Assembly (NCBI GenBank): GCA_038153405.1
Contig: JAYOYH010000003.1
Location: 1-31,667 of the forward strand
Origin: Gemmatimonadota bacterium
GTDB lineage: Bacteria > Latescibacterota > UBA2968 > UBA8231
Length of the DNA stretch: 31,667 bases
Direction of reading: 5' to 3'
Below are positions 8,861 to 18,336 of this stretch, one piece after another; position 1 is the stretch's first letter, and every line of letters starts with the position of its first letter. The notes under the pieces were generated by a model. The model had not been told where the DNA came from. It saw only the letters and a program-made list of their open reading frames with translations, and did no database searches. A program made the translations under genes and the position numbers.

Positions 8861-11800
8861 ATGCAATCCTTTTCTATCCTTATGGTTGCTTTCATCACCC
8901 AAGCCCTGATGATGGCTCCTGCGAGTGTCGCACAACCCATCTCCATTTTAAATCCGTCCTTTGAAAGCGGTGATGGACAACCGCACGGATGGACGCTGTC
9001 GACAGAGGCGACTGGCTATTGGCAAAGCGACGCGGCGAGCCATGGTCGTAGATCAATTGCGCTGCGCGGCGACGGAAACACTACTTCATACTGGCGATCG
9101 GCAGCGCTTTCCCTCGCTCCATTGAGCACATACGCCCTGCAATTTTACGCTCGCAGTCTGGGAACACAGGGCGGTTCGGCCATTAGTGGCCCCCGCTTCT
9201 GCAATCGCGATCTGGGAGATATACCCGAACAATGGACGCATTTTACCTCGATCTTCAGCACGCCGTCTGCTGCCGATAGCAGCCGTTCCTTTCTGCGCTT
9301 TGGCCAGTGGCAGGTGCGGGGAGAATTGGCATTTGACGATGTTCGTCTCGTTTCTGTGCAGCCCATATACAGGCAACTAGGCAACGTCGAGCTGGGCGCG
9401 GGTGAAAGGATCCAAGACAACCTGTATACATTCAGCGCTCCCTTTAACACCCCGTCGCGCAACCACAGCCGTCCCCTAACAGGCCACAACTGCGACTTCA
9501 ACACCAACCGCTGGGTATTTGGCCAGGATAGTTCCGTCGAATACCGCCATGCTATTCATGGCCACACTCAGCACAGCGCCCAGCTCGAATTGAGCACGGG
9601 CTATTTCCAGTCTGGTGAACTGGCAGTGGAAGCGAGCATAGACGGAGTATCCTTTGCTGAACTAGGTCGCTTAGACACCACCCAAACGCGACGATTTGAT
9701 ATTCCCGATTCTCTCCTACCCGCTTCCGAGATATGGATACGCCTGCGTTCTTCCAGCGCCTATAACCGCCAGGGCGAGGCCGATCCAGGCGCATTTCAGG
9801 TGGTATCCTATGCGTTTAGGGCCGAATTGGACGGCAGCCCTCCATCCATGCGCGGCCAGACGCACTATGCCCAAATCCATAGGGCTAATGCGCTGTTGGA
9901 TGCGTCCATACACTCGTTCGGCACACGGCCTACCGGACGCGCAAACGAACTCACGCTCAGCGTCTATTCACACCTTGATTCGGCCGTGCAGATTGCACCG
10001 AGCATTAAAGTGACTGCGCGGAAATTGTCTCCTTTGGCGACCACGAGGAATCTACTTATTCAACCCGGCGCTCAAACTTTTTCCCTGCCCTATACCCTCC
10101 GTGAAGTTGGCCCTCACGAGCTGTCTGTCATCTGGGATGAGGGATTCCCCTTTAACGCCTCGATAGACTTTGCCATACCTGCACTCTATGCGGCCACCCC
10201 GGGGCAACGGCTGCCGGGCTCGTCGGCGAATGTAATCCTTTGGCAAATCGACTCAGGTTGGAAAGTCGACCGCCACCGGCCGCCGCCCAGCGATTCCACA
10301 TCGGCAGTGTATCTCAGCGCTGCAGCCGGCGAGAGCGAAGCCGTCCAGCTCGTCATAAGCCCCAGCCAAACGCTGCACGGCGTGCGCGCTGAAGTAAATG
10401 CACTCTACCATGCCAACGGCGATTCCATAGGTTCCCAGCACATCGATGTGCTACGGGTCGGCTACGTGCCCATCGATCAACCCACCGACGCCAAGGGAAT
10501 AGCCGACTCCTGGCCCGACCCCCTGTTGCCGCTGATCGGACCCGCTGAATTCACGGGCGCAATAAACCATCCCCTCTGGCTGCGCTTTAACGTGCCGGCC
10601 ACCGCTGCCGCAGGCCTATATCGGGGTAATATCGCCCTTTCTTCCCCATCGCATAACAGCTCCGTGCCCATCGAACTGGAAGTCTACGATTTCGCTCTAC
10701 CCTCGCGCATGAGCTGCAGCACCGCTTTGGGCTTCTCCTTTGACGAAGTCGTGCGCTACCACCGCCTCACCAGTGATCAGGACAAGCGCCGCGTGCTCGA
10801 TCTCTATCTCGACAACTTCGCTCGCCACCGCATATCGCCCTATAATCCGGCACCGCTCGATCCGTTCGGCGTTTCGTGGAACGGCTCTGAGCCAATTTTC
10901 GACTGGTCGAACTGGGACGAGGCCATGCAGCGCGCCATAGACGACTATGGCTTTAACTCATTTCGCCTACCCCTTGCGGGTCTGGGCGGAGGCGATTACG
11001 CCCATCGGCGCCCCCCGATGCTCAACGGGGTAGGCGAGGACGATCCCCGCTACGAAGTGTTTTTACAGCACTACCTACACACGATTGAAAAACACCTCGA
11101 GCGCAGAGGTTGGCTCGACGAAGCCTTTATCTACTTCTTTGATGAACCGCAGCCCCAAGACTACGCCTTTGTCAACGCCGGTTTTGCCAAAGTGGCGCGC
11201 CATGCGCCTTCTCTCCGCCGCATGCTGACCGAACAGGTCGAAGAAGCTCTTGTGGGTGGTCCGACCATTTGGTGCCCCCTAACGCCAAACTTTGACGGGG
11301 AGAGGGCCCGGGCACGGCGCGCGGCAGGCGAGTCCTTTTGGTGGTATATCTGCACCTTGCCCAAGGAGCCCTATGCCGGCCTCTTTATCGATCGTCCTGG
11401 AATCGAGTTGCGCACCTGGCTGTGGCAAACCTGGCAGCACGGCATCGAGGGTATCCTCATTTGGCAAAGCAACTATTGGCACAGCGATGCAGCGTATACG
11501 GACGATCTCCAGAATCCCTACGATGACCCCATGAGCTGGGTCAGCAGCTATAGCACAGCCGTCGGCGACCGACGCCCCTGGGGCAACGGCGACGGTCGCT
11601 TTATCTATCCCCCACCCGCGGTCTTCTCCGCGTTGCGCGCCCCCGTGCTGGCCGGTCCAGTCGACAGCCAGCGCTGGGAAATGCTGCGCGATGGCATAGA
11701 AGATTACGAATATTTTGCTCAGTTAGAGCGCCTGCTTAACGAACGCAACGACATACTCCCCCCCCAACGGGAGCGCTATCAAGCCTTGCTGAAAGTCCCG

Positions 11801-11905
11801 GAAGAAATTAGCACCGCTCTGCGCTCCTTTGGCATCGATCCGGCTCCGCTGCGCGCGCACCGACACGCTCTGGCTCGCGCCATTGAACAACTGCAGCCGC
11901 GCTAA
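8861..11905 (+). CDS. Secreted glycoside hydrolase, GH123-like (DUF4091-type C-terminus) with N-terminal CBM4/9-like domain
   Basis: NPSFE...GW...FDDVRL carbohydrate-binding-like domain; GESEAVQLV, WPDPL, YFFDEP (adjacent DE pair), GDGRFIYP, RWEMLRDGIEDYEY. ORF track starts at TTG 8813; ATG 8861 gives a cleaner signal peptide. Confidence 0.8.
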   Translation: MQSFSILMVAFITQALMMAPASVAQPISILNPSFESGDGQPHGWTLSTEATGYWQSDAASHGRRSIALRGDGNTTSYWRSAALSLAPLSTYALQFYARSLGTQGGSAISGPRFCNRDLGDIPEQWTHFTSIFSTPSAADSSRSFLRFGQWQVRGELAFDDVRLVSVQPIYRQLGNVELGAGERIQDNLYTFSAPFNTPSRNHSRPLTGHNCDFNTNRWVFGQDSSVEYRHAIHGHTQHSAQLELSTGYFQSGELAVEASIDGVSFAELGRLDTTQTRRFDIPDSLLPASEIWIRLRSSSAYNRQGEADPGAFQVVSYAFRAELDGSPPSMRGQTHYAQIHRANALLDASIHSFGTRPTGRANELTLSVYSHLDSAVQIAPSIKVTARKLSPLATTRNLLIQPGAQTFSLPYTLREVGPHELSVIWDEGFPFNASIDFAIPALYAATPGQRLPGSSANVILWQIDSGWKVDRHRPPPSDSTSAVYLSAAAGESEAVQLVISPSQTLHGVRAEVNALYHANGDSIGSQHIDVLRVGYVPIDQPTDAKGIADSWPDPLLPLIGPAEFTGAINHPLWLRFNVPATAAAGLYRGNIALSSPSHNSSVPIELEVYDFALPSRMSCSTALGFSFDEVVRYHRLTSDQDKRRVLDLYLDNFARHRISPYNPAPLDPFGVSWNGSEPIFDWSNWDEAMQRAIDDYGFNSFRLPLAGLGGGDYAHRRPPMLNGVGEDDPRYEVFLQHYLHTIEKHLERRGWLDEAFIYFFDEPQPQDYAFVNAGFAKVARHAPSLRRMLTEQVEEALVGGPTIWCPLTPNFDGERARARRAAGESFWWYICTLPKEPYAGLFIDRPGIELRTWLWQTWQHGIEGILIWQSNYWHSDAAYTDDLQNPYDDPMSWVSSYSTAVGDRRPWGNGDGRFIYPPPAVFSALRAPVLAGPVDSQRWEMLRDGIEDYEYFAQLERLLNERNDILPPQRERYQALLKVPEEISTALRSFGIDPAPLRAHRHALARAIEQLQPR

Positions 11906-11963
11906 CGCCCTGCCAATCCGACCCCTCTATGCACTCCGAACCCGAAAACGGCGAACCGCTCTA

Positions 11964-11991
11964 TTGACAGCGGCGTCCCATTGTAGATAAT
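11964..11991 (+). promoter_or_regulatory. Probable sigma70 promoter of msrAB
   Basis: TTGACA (11964-11969), 16 nt spacer, GATAAT (11986-11991), followed by AAGGAG RBS. Confidence 0.5.
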
Positions 11992-12012
11992 CAGGCCAAA
12001 GGAGAAATTTCA

Positions 12013-13113
12013 ATGAATGCTAAGCGGATAGCTCTTGGCCTGGCCGGAAGCGCCCTCGTACTGACCTTTTTTCTGATCGACGGCAATGCCCAAGAAGAAG
12101 GGCGAGCCACACTAGAGCAGGCCCCCGCTGGAGCAGCCCAAGCGACGTTTGCTGGGGGGTGTTTCTGGTGTATTGAAGCGCCGTTTGATAAAACGCCGGG
12201 CGTCTACGCCGCCGTATCGGGCTATGCGGGGGGCAGCACTGCGTCCCCCACCTATAAGCAAGTCAGTACGGGGCAGACCGATCACATCGAATCCGTGCGC
12301 ATCCTGTATGACCCGGAGCAGATTACCTACGGCGAATTACTCCATATTTTTTGGCGTCAGTTTGACCCTACCGATGGCGGCGGTTCTTTTTACGATCGCG
12401 GCCACCAATACACCTCGGCCATTTTTTACCACGACGAAGGGCAACGAGAGCAGGCCGAAGCATCCAAAATAACCCTCCAGCAGTCGGGGCGCTTTTCCAA
12501 ACCCATCGTCACTACCATACGATCGGCCGGAACATTTTATCCAGCCGAAGACTACCATCAGGACTATTACGCGAAAAGCCCCGAACACTATCAGCGCTAC
12601 CGCAGGGGCTCAGGCCGCGATACCTATATCGAAACGACCTGGGGCCGAGATACTATTCAACCAGAGGAGCAAGAGACCTACCGCAAACCAGATGATGGCC
12701 AGATTCGCGCCCAACTCACCGCACTGCAATACGAGGTGACCCAGAAAAACGGCACTGAACGACCGTTTCAAAATACCTTTTGGGACCATAAAGAAGCTGG
12801 AATTTACGTGGATATCGTTTCTGGAGAACCCCTTTTTAGTTCCACGCATAAATTTAAATCAGGCACCGGATGGCCCAGCTTTACTCGCCCCCTAGTCGAA
12901 GAGCATATCGTAGAACATCGCGATACGAGTTGGGGCATGACACGCATAGAGGTGCGCAGTAAATACGCCGATTCACATTTAGGCCATGTCTTTTCCGATG
13001 GACCAGCACCAACCGGTCTGCGCTACTGCATAAACTCAGCCGCCCTGCGTTTTGTTGCGGCCGACAGCCTAGCCGCTTCTGGGTACGGGCGGTTTTCCCC
13101 CCTTTTCAAATGA
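12013..13113 (+). CDS. msrAB: Bifunctional peptide-methionine sulfoxide reductase MsrA/MsrB with signal peptide
   Basis: MsrA FAGGCFWC and [12 protein letters not shown]; Msr[24 protein letters not shown]; no Zn-binding CxxC pairs; N-terminal export signal. Confidence 0.96.
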   Translation: MNAKRIALGLAGSALVLTFFLIDGNAQEEGRATLEQAPAGAAQATFAGGCFWCIEAPFDKTPGVYAAVSGYAGGSTASPTYKQVSTGQTDHIESVRILYDPEQITYGELLHIFWRQFDPTDGGGSFYDRGHQYTSAIFYHDEGQREQAEASKITLQQSGRFSKPIVTTIRSAGTFYPAEDYHQDYYAKSPEHYQRYRRGSGRDTYIETTWGRDTIQPEEQETYRKPDDGQIRAQLTALQYEVTQKNGTERPFQNTFWDHKEAGIYVDIVSGEPLFSSTHKFKSGTGWPSFTRPLVEEHIVEHRDTSWGMTRIEVRSKYADSHLGHVFSDGPAPTGLRYCINSAALRFVAADSLAASGYGRFSPLFK

Positions 13114-13306
13114 TGCAACGAGGGTAGCATTCACGAGCGCTCATTCCTGTAGTTTGCCCTTAATCGCTTTTTCGAGACGACAGCCGCCTATCCTCGACGT
13201 TGCCCCAAAGGGCCTTCTAGCGATTTCCCCTTGAACTAGAGCGCACGACCCTTTTATTTATCCAGCCCAACCCCTTGTTTCACGCGCATCACAGCGAGGT
13301 ACTCTC

Positions 13307-14488
13307 ATGACCCGTATTGGCACCCCACTCTCCCCTACGGCCACCAAAGTCCTGCTCTGCGGTTCCGGTGAACTAGGCAAAGAAGTCGTCATAGAATTGC
13401 AGCGCCTCGGCGTAGAAGTCGTCGCCGTCGACCGCTACGAACATGCCCCAGCCATGCAGGTAGCCCACCGCGCCCATACGCTCAACATGCTCGACGGTGC
13501 GGCGCTGCGCGCTGTGATTGAAAAGGAGCGCCCCGACCTCATCGTGCCCGAAATCGAAGCCATTGCCACCGACACATTGGTCGAACTCGAAAACGAGGGA
13601 TTCCGCGTTATTCCCACCGCGCGCGCGGCCCGCCTGACGATGAACCGCGAGGGCATTCGCCGCCTAGCCGCCGAAGAGTTGGGCTTGCGCACCTCCCCCT
13701 ACCGCTTCGCCTCTACGGCAGAAGACTACCGCAGCGCCATTGAGGAAATCGGCCTACCCTGCGTGGTCAAACCCATTATGAGTTCGTCGGGCAAAGGGCA
13801 GAGTACTGTGCGCAGCGAAATCGATATCGAAACTTCATGGAACTATGCGCAAGAAGGTGGGCGTGCAGGCGCTGGCACGGTGATTGTAGAAGGCTTTGTC
13901 GACTTTGATTACGAAATCACCTTGCTGACGGTACGGCACGCCGGCGGCACGAGCTTTTGCGCGCCGATAGGCCACATGCAAATAGACGGCGACTACCGGG
14001 AGTCATGGCAACCACAGGCGATGAGCGATGCAGCCCGCGCCGAGGCCGAACACATCGCGCGTTCGATAACCGAAGGATTGGGTGGACACGGCCTGTTTGG
14101 CGTCGAGCTCTTTGTGCGAGGCGACGAGGTGTACTTCAGCGAGGTCTCACCGCGTCCACATGATACCGGCATGGTCACGATGATTTCGCAGGATCTGTCC
14201 GAGTTCGCCCTGCACGCGCGCGCCATTCTCGGACTGCCGATTCCCAATATTCAGCAGCATGGACCTTCGGCTTCGTGCGTTATTTTAGTGGAAGGCCACT
14301 CCAACCGGGTGCAGTTTAGCCAACTTGAGGAGGCCTTGCAGCAGGTCGATACACAACTGCGCCTGTTTGGAAAACCCGAAGTGGCCGGAAAGCGGCGCAT
14401 GGGCGTTGCCCTGGCCCGCGGCACCAGCATTGAAGAGGCGTTGGAAAAGGCACGCAGGGCAGCGCAATCCGTGCAAATTGAACTCTGA
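13307..14488 (+). CDS. purT: Formate-dependent phosphoribosylglycinamide formyltransferase
   Basis: [56 protein letters not shown]. Confidence 0.98.
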   Translation: MTRIGTPLSPTATKVLLCGSGELGKEVVIELQRLGVEVVAVDRYEHAPAMQVAHRAHTLNMLDGAALRAVIEKERPDLIVPEIEAIATDTLVELENEGFRVIPTARAARLTMNREGIRRLAAEELGLRTSPYRFASTAEDYRSAIEEIGLPCVVKPIMSSSGKGQSTVRSEIDIETSWNYAQEGGRAGAGTVIVEGFVDFDYEITLLTVRHAGGTSFCAPIGHMQIDGDYRESWQPQAMSDAARAEAEHIARSITEGLGGHGLFGVELFVRGDEVYFSEVSPRPHDTGMVTMISQDLSEFALHARAILGLPIPNIQQHGPSASCVILVEGHSNRVQFSQLEEALQQVDTQLRLFGKPEVAGKRRMGVALARGTSIEEALEKARRAAQSVQIEL

Positions 14489-14504
14489 GTTGAACCAGGT
14501 GCGG

Positions 14505-15374
14505 CTATTTTATGCGCACTAGACGATAGCCAATATTGTAATTGCGCCGGTAGCCCGGCCCGCTGCCCGAGCGGTCGGCTGCGCGCACTTCGCGCGGCCG
14601 ACCGTTAAAGGGTCCACCGCGAACGGCTCGGTTCGCTCCCGTAGCCGCTCCCTGTGGATCGATCAGATCGACGCTGTCGTACGGGCCGTAAATATCCTGA
14701 CACCACTCCCAGACGTTCCCGTGCATATCGTACAAACCCCAGGAGTTGGGCGCTTTACTACCCACCGGCTGCGCATAGCGCAATCCCCTCTCCCACGCAT
14801 TGTCCCGATACCATGCGTATTGGCCCAGCATGACCTCGTCGTCTCCAAAGGACCAGCGCGTTTGTGCGCCCGCACGCGCGGCGTATTCCCATTCGGCCTC
14901 CGTCGGCAGACGATAGAGGGAATCGCCCGCAGCGGCATTCAACTTTTCCGCAAAAGCCTGGGCGTCGTGCCATGAGACATAGACGGCGGGATGGTTTGAA
15001 TTCAGTTGGATATAATCTTCGCCGAGCCAGGGGACGGTCTCCATAACCGCGATCCACTGTCCTTGAGTGACCTCGTATTTGCCCAGGTAAAATCCGTGCG
15101 ATAACCTCACCTGGCGCTGCGGTCCCTCATCGCTCTGCCGGCCCACCTCGCCTTCGGGCGATCCCATTGCAAAGGTACCGGGTGGGATCCAGACAAATTC
15201 CATACTGACCCCGTTCGGCAATTCGGCGATGCCGTCGAATTCACCCGGCGATTCCGATCCGGCGTTTTGCGGGTTTGCGCCCTCATGAACCTCCTGACCA
15301 CAGTGGACAAGTATGATCGAAGACAGCATGCAAACCCAACGCGGAACACGCCCTGGTAGGATTTTCTTAGTCAT
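14505..15374 (-). CDS. Formylglycine-generating enzyme (SUMF1/FGE-sulfatase) fold protein, probable lipoprotein
   Basis: FAMGSP, GKYEVT, RLPTEAEWEYAARAG, NSWGLYDMHGNVWEWC, RGG, GYRL. Lacks the catalytic Cys pair after RGG. Lipobox-like LVHC. Start at 15374 or 15389. Confidence 0.88.
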   Translation of the reverse strand: MTKKILPGRVPRWVCMLSSIILVHCGQEVHEGANPQNAGSESPGEFDGIAELPNGVSMEFVWIPPGTFAMGSPEGEVGRQSDEGPQRQVRLSHGFYLGKYEVTQGQWIAVMETVPWLGEDYIQLNSNHPAVYVSWHDAQAFAEKLNAAAGDSLYRLPTEAEWEYAARAGAQTRWSFGDDEVMLGQYAWYRDNAWERGLRYAQPVGSKAPNSWGLYDMHGNVWEWCQDIYGPYDSVDLIDPQGAATGANRAVRGGPFNGRPREVRAADRSGSGPGYRRNYNIGYRLVRIK

Positions 15375-15453
15375 TCTTTTGCATCCCAATTAGACTAGCT
15401 TAACGGCGCCATCATGGATTCGAACCCTTTTAAAATCGCCCCGAACAAAATAC

Positions 15454-15486
15454 AAAAGCCCCGAAGACAAAACGTCTTCGGGGCTT
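15454..15486 (-). terminator. Rho-independent terminator after tRNA-Asn
   Basis: Perfect 13-bp stem AAGCCCCGAAGAC/GTCTTCGGGGCTT, 5-nt loop, T-rich tail on the minus strand. Confidence 0.88.
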
Positions 15487-15491
15487 CTAAA

Positions 15492-15567
15492 TGGCTCCGG
15501 CGGTAGGATTTGAACCTACGACCAAGTGGTTAACAGCCACCCGCTCTGCCAGCTGAGCTACGCCGGA
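15492..15567 (-). tRNA. tRNA-Asn (GTT)
   Basis: TCCGGCGTAGCTCAGCTGGCAGAGCGGGTGGCTGTTAACCACTTGGTCGTAGGTTCAAATCCTACCGCCGGAGCCA: 76 nt cloverleaf, anticodon GTT, encoded CCA. Confidence 0.98.
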
Positions 15568-15593
15568 TCACATATCTCTTTTTGCAGGCAATT

Positions 15594-15622
15594 AAGTTAG
15601 ACTACGCCTTCCTATCTGTCAA
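15594..15622 (-). promoter_or_regulatory. Sigma70 promoter of tRNA-Asn
   Basis: TTGACA (15622-15617), 17 nt spacer, TAACTT (15599-15594). Confidence 0.75.
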
Positions 15623-15635
15623 GACTGCTGGCGCT

Positions 15636-16481
15636 TCAGTCGGCGTAGTATTCCTTTAGCGTATCGCTGCGTGCCGGATGGCGCAATTTCTGCAGGGCCT
15701 TTTCCTTGATCTGCCGCACGCGCTCGCGCGTGCGACCGACATAGGCGCCAATTTCTTCCAGCGTCATCGACTCGTGCCCATCGAGTCCGTAGTACATCTT
15801 GAGCACTCTGGCCTCGCCGTCTGTAAGTGCGTGCATCGCGCGCTGAATCTCTTCCCTTAGCTGTTCGTCCGAGAGCACTTCATCGCTGCACGGCACGTTG
15901 TCGTCGGGAATCAAATCGCCGTACGTGCGATCCGGTTCCGAATCGTCGCAGGGCATTTCCAGCGAGACGGGGCGCTGCGCTAGGCGCATCAGCAGCTCCA
16001 TATCGCCCGGTTCGACCTCTAATTCATCGGCAATCTCGTCGACTTCTGGCGGGCGTCCCAAGCGCTGCTCGAGTTTGTTTAACACCTTGTTGACGCGCGT
16101 CAATTCGCCAATGCGATTGAGTGGCAGCCGCACGATGCGCGACTGCTCGGCCAAGGCCTGCAGTATGGACTGGCGAATCCACCACACCGCATAGGAAATG
16201 AACTTGAACCCCTTTGTGCCGTCAAAGCGCTTCGCGGCAATCATAAGACCCAGATTGCCTTCATTTATCAGGTCTGAAAGGGGCAAGCCCAAATTTTGGT
16301 ACTGCTTGGCCACGCTGACGACAAAGCGCAGGTTAGCTTTGACCAAGTTGGAAAGCGCTTCCTCGTCGCCTTGCTTAATCTGCTTTGCCATCTGGACCTC
16401 GGCCTCCGAAGAAAGTCCTACGGAATCCTCGATCTCGTGGAAATAACGGTCGACGAGCGAATCAGTCTGCAGCGTTGTCAT
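15636..16481 (-). CDS. RNA polymerase sigma factor, RpoD/SigA family, lacking region 1.1
   Basis: ANLRFVVSVAKQY, DLINEGNLGL, FKFISYAVWWIRQSI, RIVRLPLN, TLEEIG...TRERVRQIKEKALQKLR. ATG 16481 with GAGGAG RBS. Confidence 0.95.
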   Translation of the reverse strand: MTTLQTDSLVDRYFHEIEDSVGLSSEAEVQMAKQIKQGDEEALSNLVKANLRFVVSVAKQYQNLGLPLSDLINEGNLGLMIAAKRFDGTKGFKFISYAVWWIRQSILQALAEQSRIVRLPLNRIGELTRVNKVLNKLEQRLGRPPEVDEIADELEVEPGDMELLMRLAQRPVSLEMPCDDSEPDRTYGDLIPDDNVPCSDEVLSDEQLREEIQRAMHALTDGEARVLKMYYGLDGHESMTLEEIGAYVGRTRERVRQIKEKALQKLRHPARSDTLKEYYAD

Positions 16482-16649
16482 AACTGGCTGTTCTCCTCTA
16501 ATTGCTATGAGCCCTCGTGGGGAGTGCACAGTCGGCTATGTCGAAAAATCGGTTTATTGTACTACACAGGGAATTTGCTTCGGATACAGGGGGAAGGGAT
16601 CGCATCCAAAGACTACCGGCTAAGGAGAGGCGCCGATAGGGGTGCAACT

Positions 16650-16679
16650 AATATAGCGAATAAGATGGAAACATTTCAA
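16650..16679 (-). promoter_or_regulatory. Probable promoter of the sigma-factor gene
   Basis: TTGAAA (16679-16674), 18 nt spacer, TATATT (16655-16650), with an A-tract just upstream (UP-element-like). Confidence 0.5.
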
Positions 16680-16750
16680 GTTTTTTTTCATAAATTTGCC
16701 AAAAGATTACATTTCTATGCCTTTTACTCTTCTCTATACCTACCTAATAC

Positions 16751-18313
16751 CTACCAATCCTCGCCGGCAGCAAAGGTCCGCTCCTCTCCCTCTAGCAGAA
16801 CCGCTTCTGATCCCGATCCAGCGATCGCCCTGATTTCGACACGGCCTTTTTCTACGCGCACCTGCGTCGTCGCGTCGAGGACTACGCGGACGGAATAAAC
16901 CGCGCCAACCGGGGCGCGAATCTGCACCAGTGGGGTTTGAACGGCAAATTGCGCTTCCAACACTGTTGCCTGCAGCCGGCCTAAGCGCAGATTGAGTATG
17001 CGCAACGTCGAATCACTCGCACTTTCCTCAGGCACTGCATCTACCTGAAATTCGCCTACCGCATACATGCCTTCCGCGCCAGGCACGGCGACAAGAGCCT
17101 GCGGTGTTTGATTGGCCTTCTGCGCGCTGCGTCTCTGCTGGGCGTCCCCTTCGAATCCTCCGGTGCCCACAGCGTCCAACAGCATCTGCCAGCGGCTAGA
17201 CGCTACACTTGCAAATGCCTCATTCTTTTGCGCGGTCTCCGCCGGTTCCTCCACTGGGCCATCTCCGGTCTGCACGAGCAAATACACTACGGAAAAGAGC
17301 GCAGCGCAGCCGGCGGCCAACGCCAGTTTGGCTAGGACATGGGACCATCTTCGAACCTTTTTCTTTTCGCGCTTTTTTGCCTTCGAATCGGGCTCTTTTT
17401 CCTCCTCCTCTTGGAGGGGCTGCTCGTCGGCCCGCTCCTCCTCTTTTTCGGCGCTTAATGCTCCCATATAGGTAGTGATACGCCGCCGCTCATATAGCAG
17501 GCGAGCCATCGAAAGAACGGCGCCTTGGGCTTGCTCTATCTCATCGACAGTCGCTTCGGCATAGCGCTCGCTTTCCTCTGCTATTAGCACCCGTCGCCGC
17601 TTGGATATATGATCCGCAAAACGCTGCCCTACGGCGGGGGAAAGGCCGCTTAGTGCCAGGGCCAGCGTTGTCGTTGATTCGCTGGCTAGCACCAACTGCA
17701 AATCCCGTTTGGAAAGCTGCAGTAAGTCAGTAAAGTGGTAGAGGTGCTGCTGCAGAACGAGGGCCGACCGGCGATCGATTGCGGCCACGCCTTCGAGCAA
17801 TTGGCGCATGGCGCGGGGCTGGTCTGCCCTGCGCATAATGGTGGCTGCCTGCTCGACCCCCCAGTGCTCTTGCCCCCCCAATTGCTGGCGCAGCCAGGCG
17901 ACCCAGGCACTTTCCTCATCGGCTATATCGCGCAGACAGGAAAGGGAGGAATGGGTGAGTAACCGATGGAGGATGGGCGCCTGAAGATGCAGCGGCACAT
18001 GATAGAGAAATTGGGCGCCCTGCACTGGCCGGGCGGTCTTTGATAGCAGCAGCGCGCCCAGCGCGACCAAACCCGTTGAAGACCCTGCATGCCGATCCGC
18101 TTCCTCCGACGGCATTGGGTCCCTCTGATCGGCCCTATCACCGGGTTTTTGCAGGGCTGCCAACAGATCCTCTTCCCACCCGGCGACCTCTTCGTCGCTG
18201 CCAGGCGGACCCAGAGCAGAAGCTATATGATCGGGCAGCAGGGCATAGAGCCCTTCCCTAGCGCGCGGGTTGAGGGCATGGGCAAAACGCGAGAGGAGCG
18301 ACAAATAGGACAC
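16751..18313 (-). CDS. FliG-like domain - single TM - FecR-like domain fusion protein
   Basis: aa ~190-280 (LYHFTDLLQLSKRDLQLVL...LALALSG...ISKRRRVLIAEE...EIEQAQGAVLSMARLL) follows the FliG C-domain pattern; aa ~85-190 FliG-M-like; TM at aa ~323-347; aa ~435-512 FecR-like (LRLGRL...FAVQTP...YSVRV...TQVRVEKGRVEI). Confidence 0.75.
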   Translation of the reverse strand: MSYLSLLSRFAHALNPRAREGLYALLPDHIASALGPPGSDEEVAGWEEDLLAALQKPGDRADQRDPMPSEEADRHAGSSTGLVALGALLLSKTARPVQGAQFLYHVPLHLQAPILHRLLTHSSLSCLRDIADEESAWVAWLRQQLGGQEHWGVEQAATIMRRADQPRAMRQLLEGVAAIDRRSALVLQQHLYHFTDLLQLSKRDLQLVLASESTTTLALALSGLSPAVGQRFADHISKRRRVLIAEESERYAEATVDEIEQAQGAVLSMARLLYERRRITTYMGALSAEKEEERADEQPLQEEEEKEPDSKAKKREKKKVRRWSHVLAKLALAAGCAALFSVVYLLVQTGDGPVEEPAETAQKNEAFASVASSRWQMLLDAVGTGGFEGDAQQRRSAQKANQTPQALVAVPGAEGMYAVGEFQVDAVPEESASDSTLRILNLRLGRLQATVLEAQFAVQTPLVQIRAPVGAVYSVRVVLDATTQVRVEKGRVEIRAIAGSGSEAVLLEGEERTFAAGEDW

Positions 18314-18336
18314 GGCGAATGGGCAGGTGTGTCAAT

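Noticed and set aside
14505..15374. Active formylglycine-generating enzyme
   Set aside because: The catalytic cysteine pair after RGG is absent and no sulfatase is adjacent; it is a common non-catalytic FGE-fold protein.
15405..15430. GGATTCGAACCC, resembling a tRNA T-loop or att remnant near tRNA-Asn
   Set aside because: Too short, no proper T-stem or acceptor stem, does not match the tRNA-Asn 3' end, and no integrase is nearby.
16296..16898. 200-aa plus-strand ORF spanning the sigma/FliG intergenic region
   Set aside because: It is antisense to two real genes, crosses an AT-rich promoter region and has no recognisable protein features.
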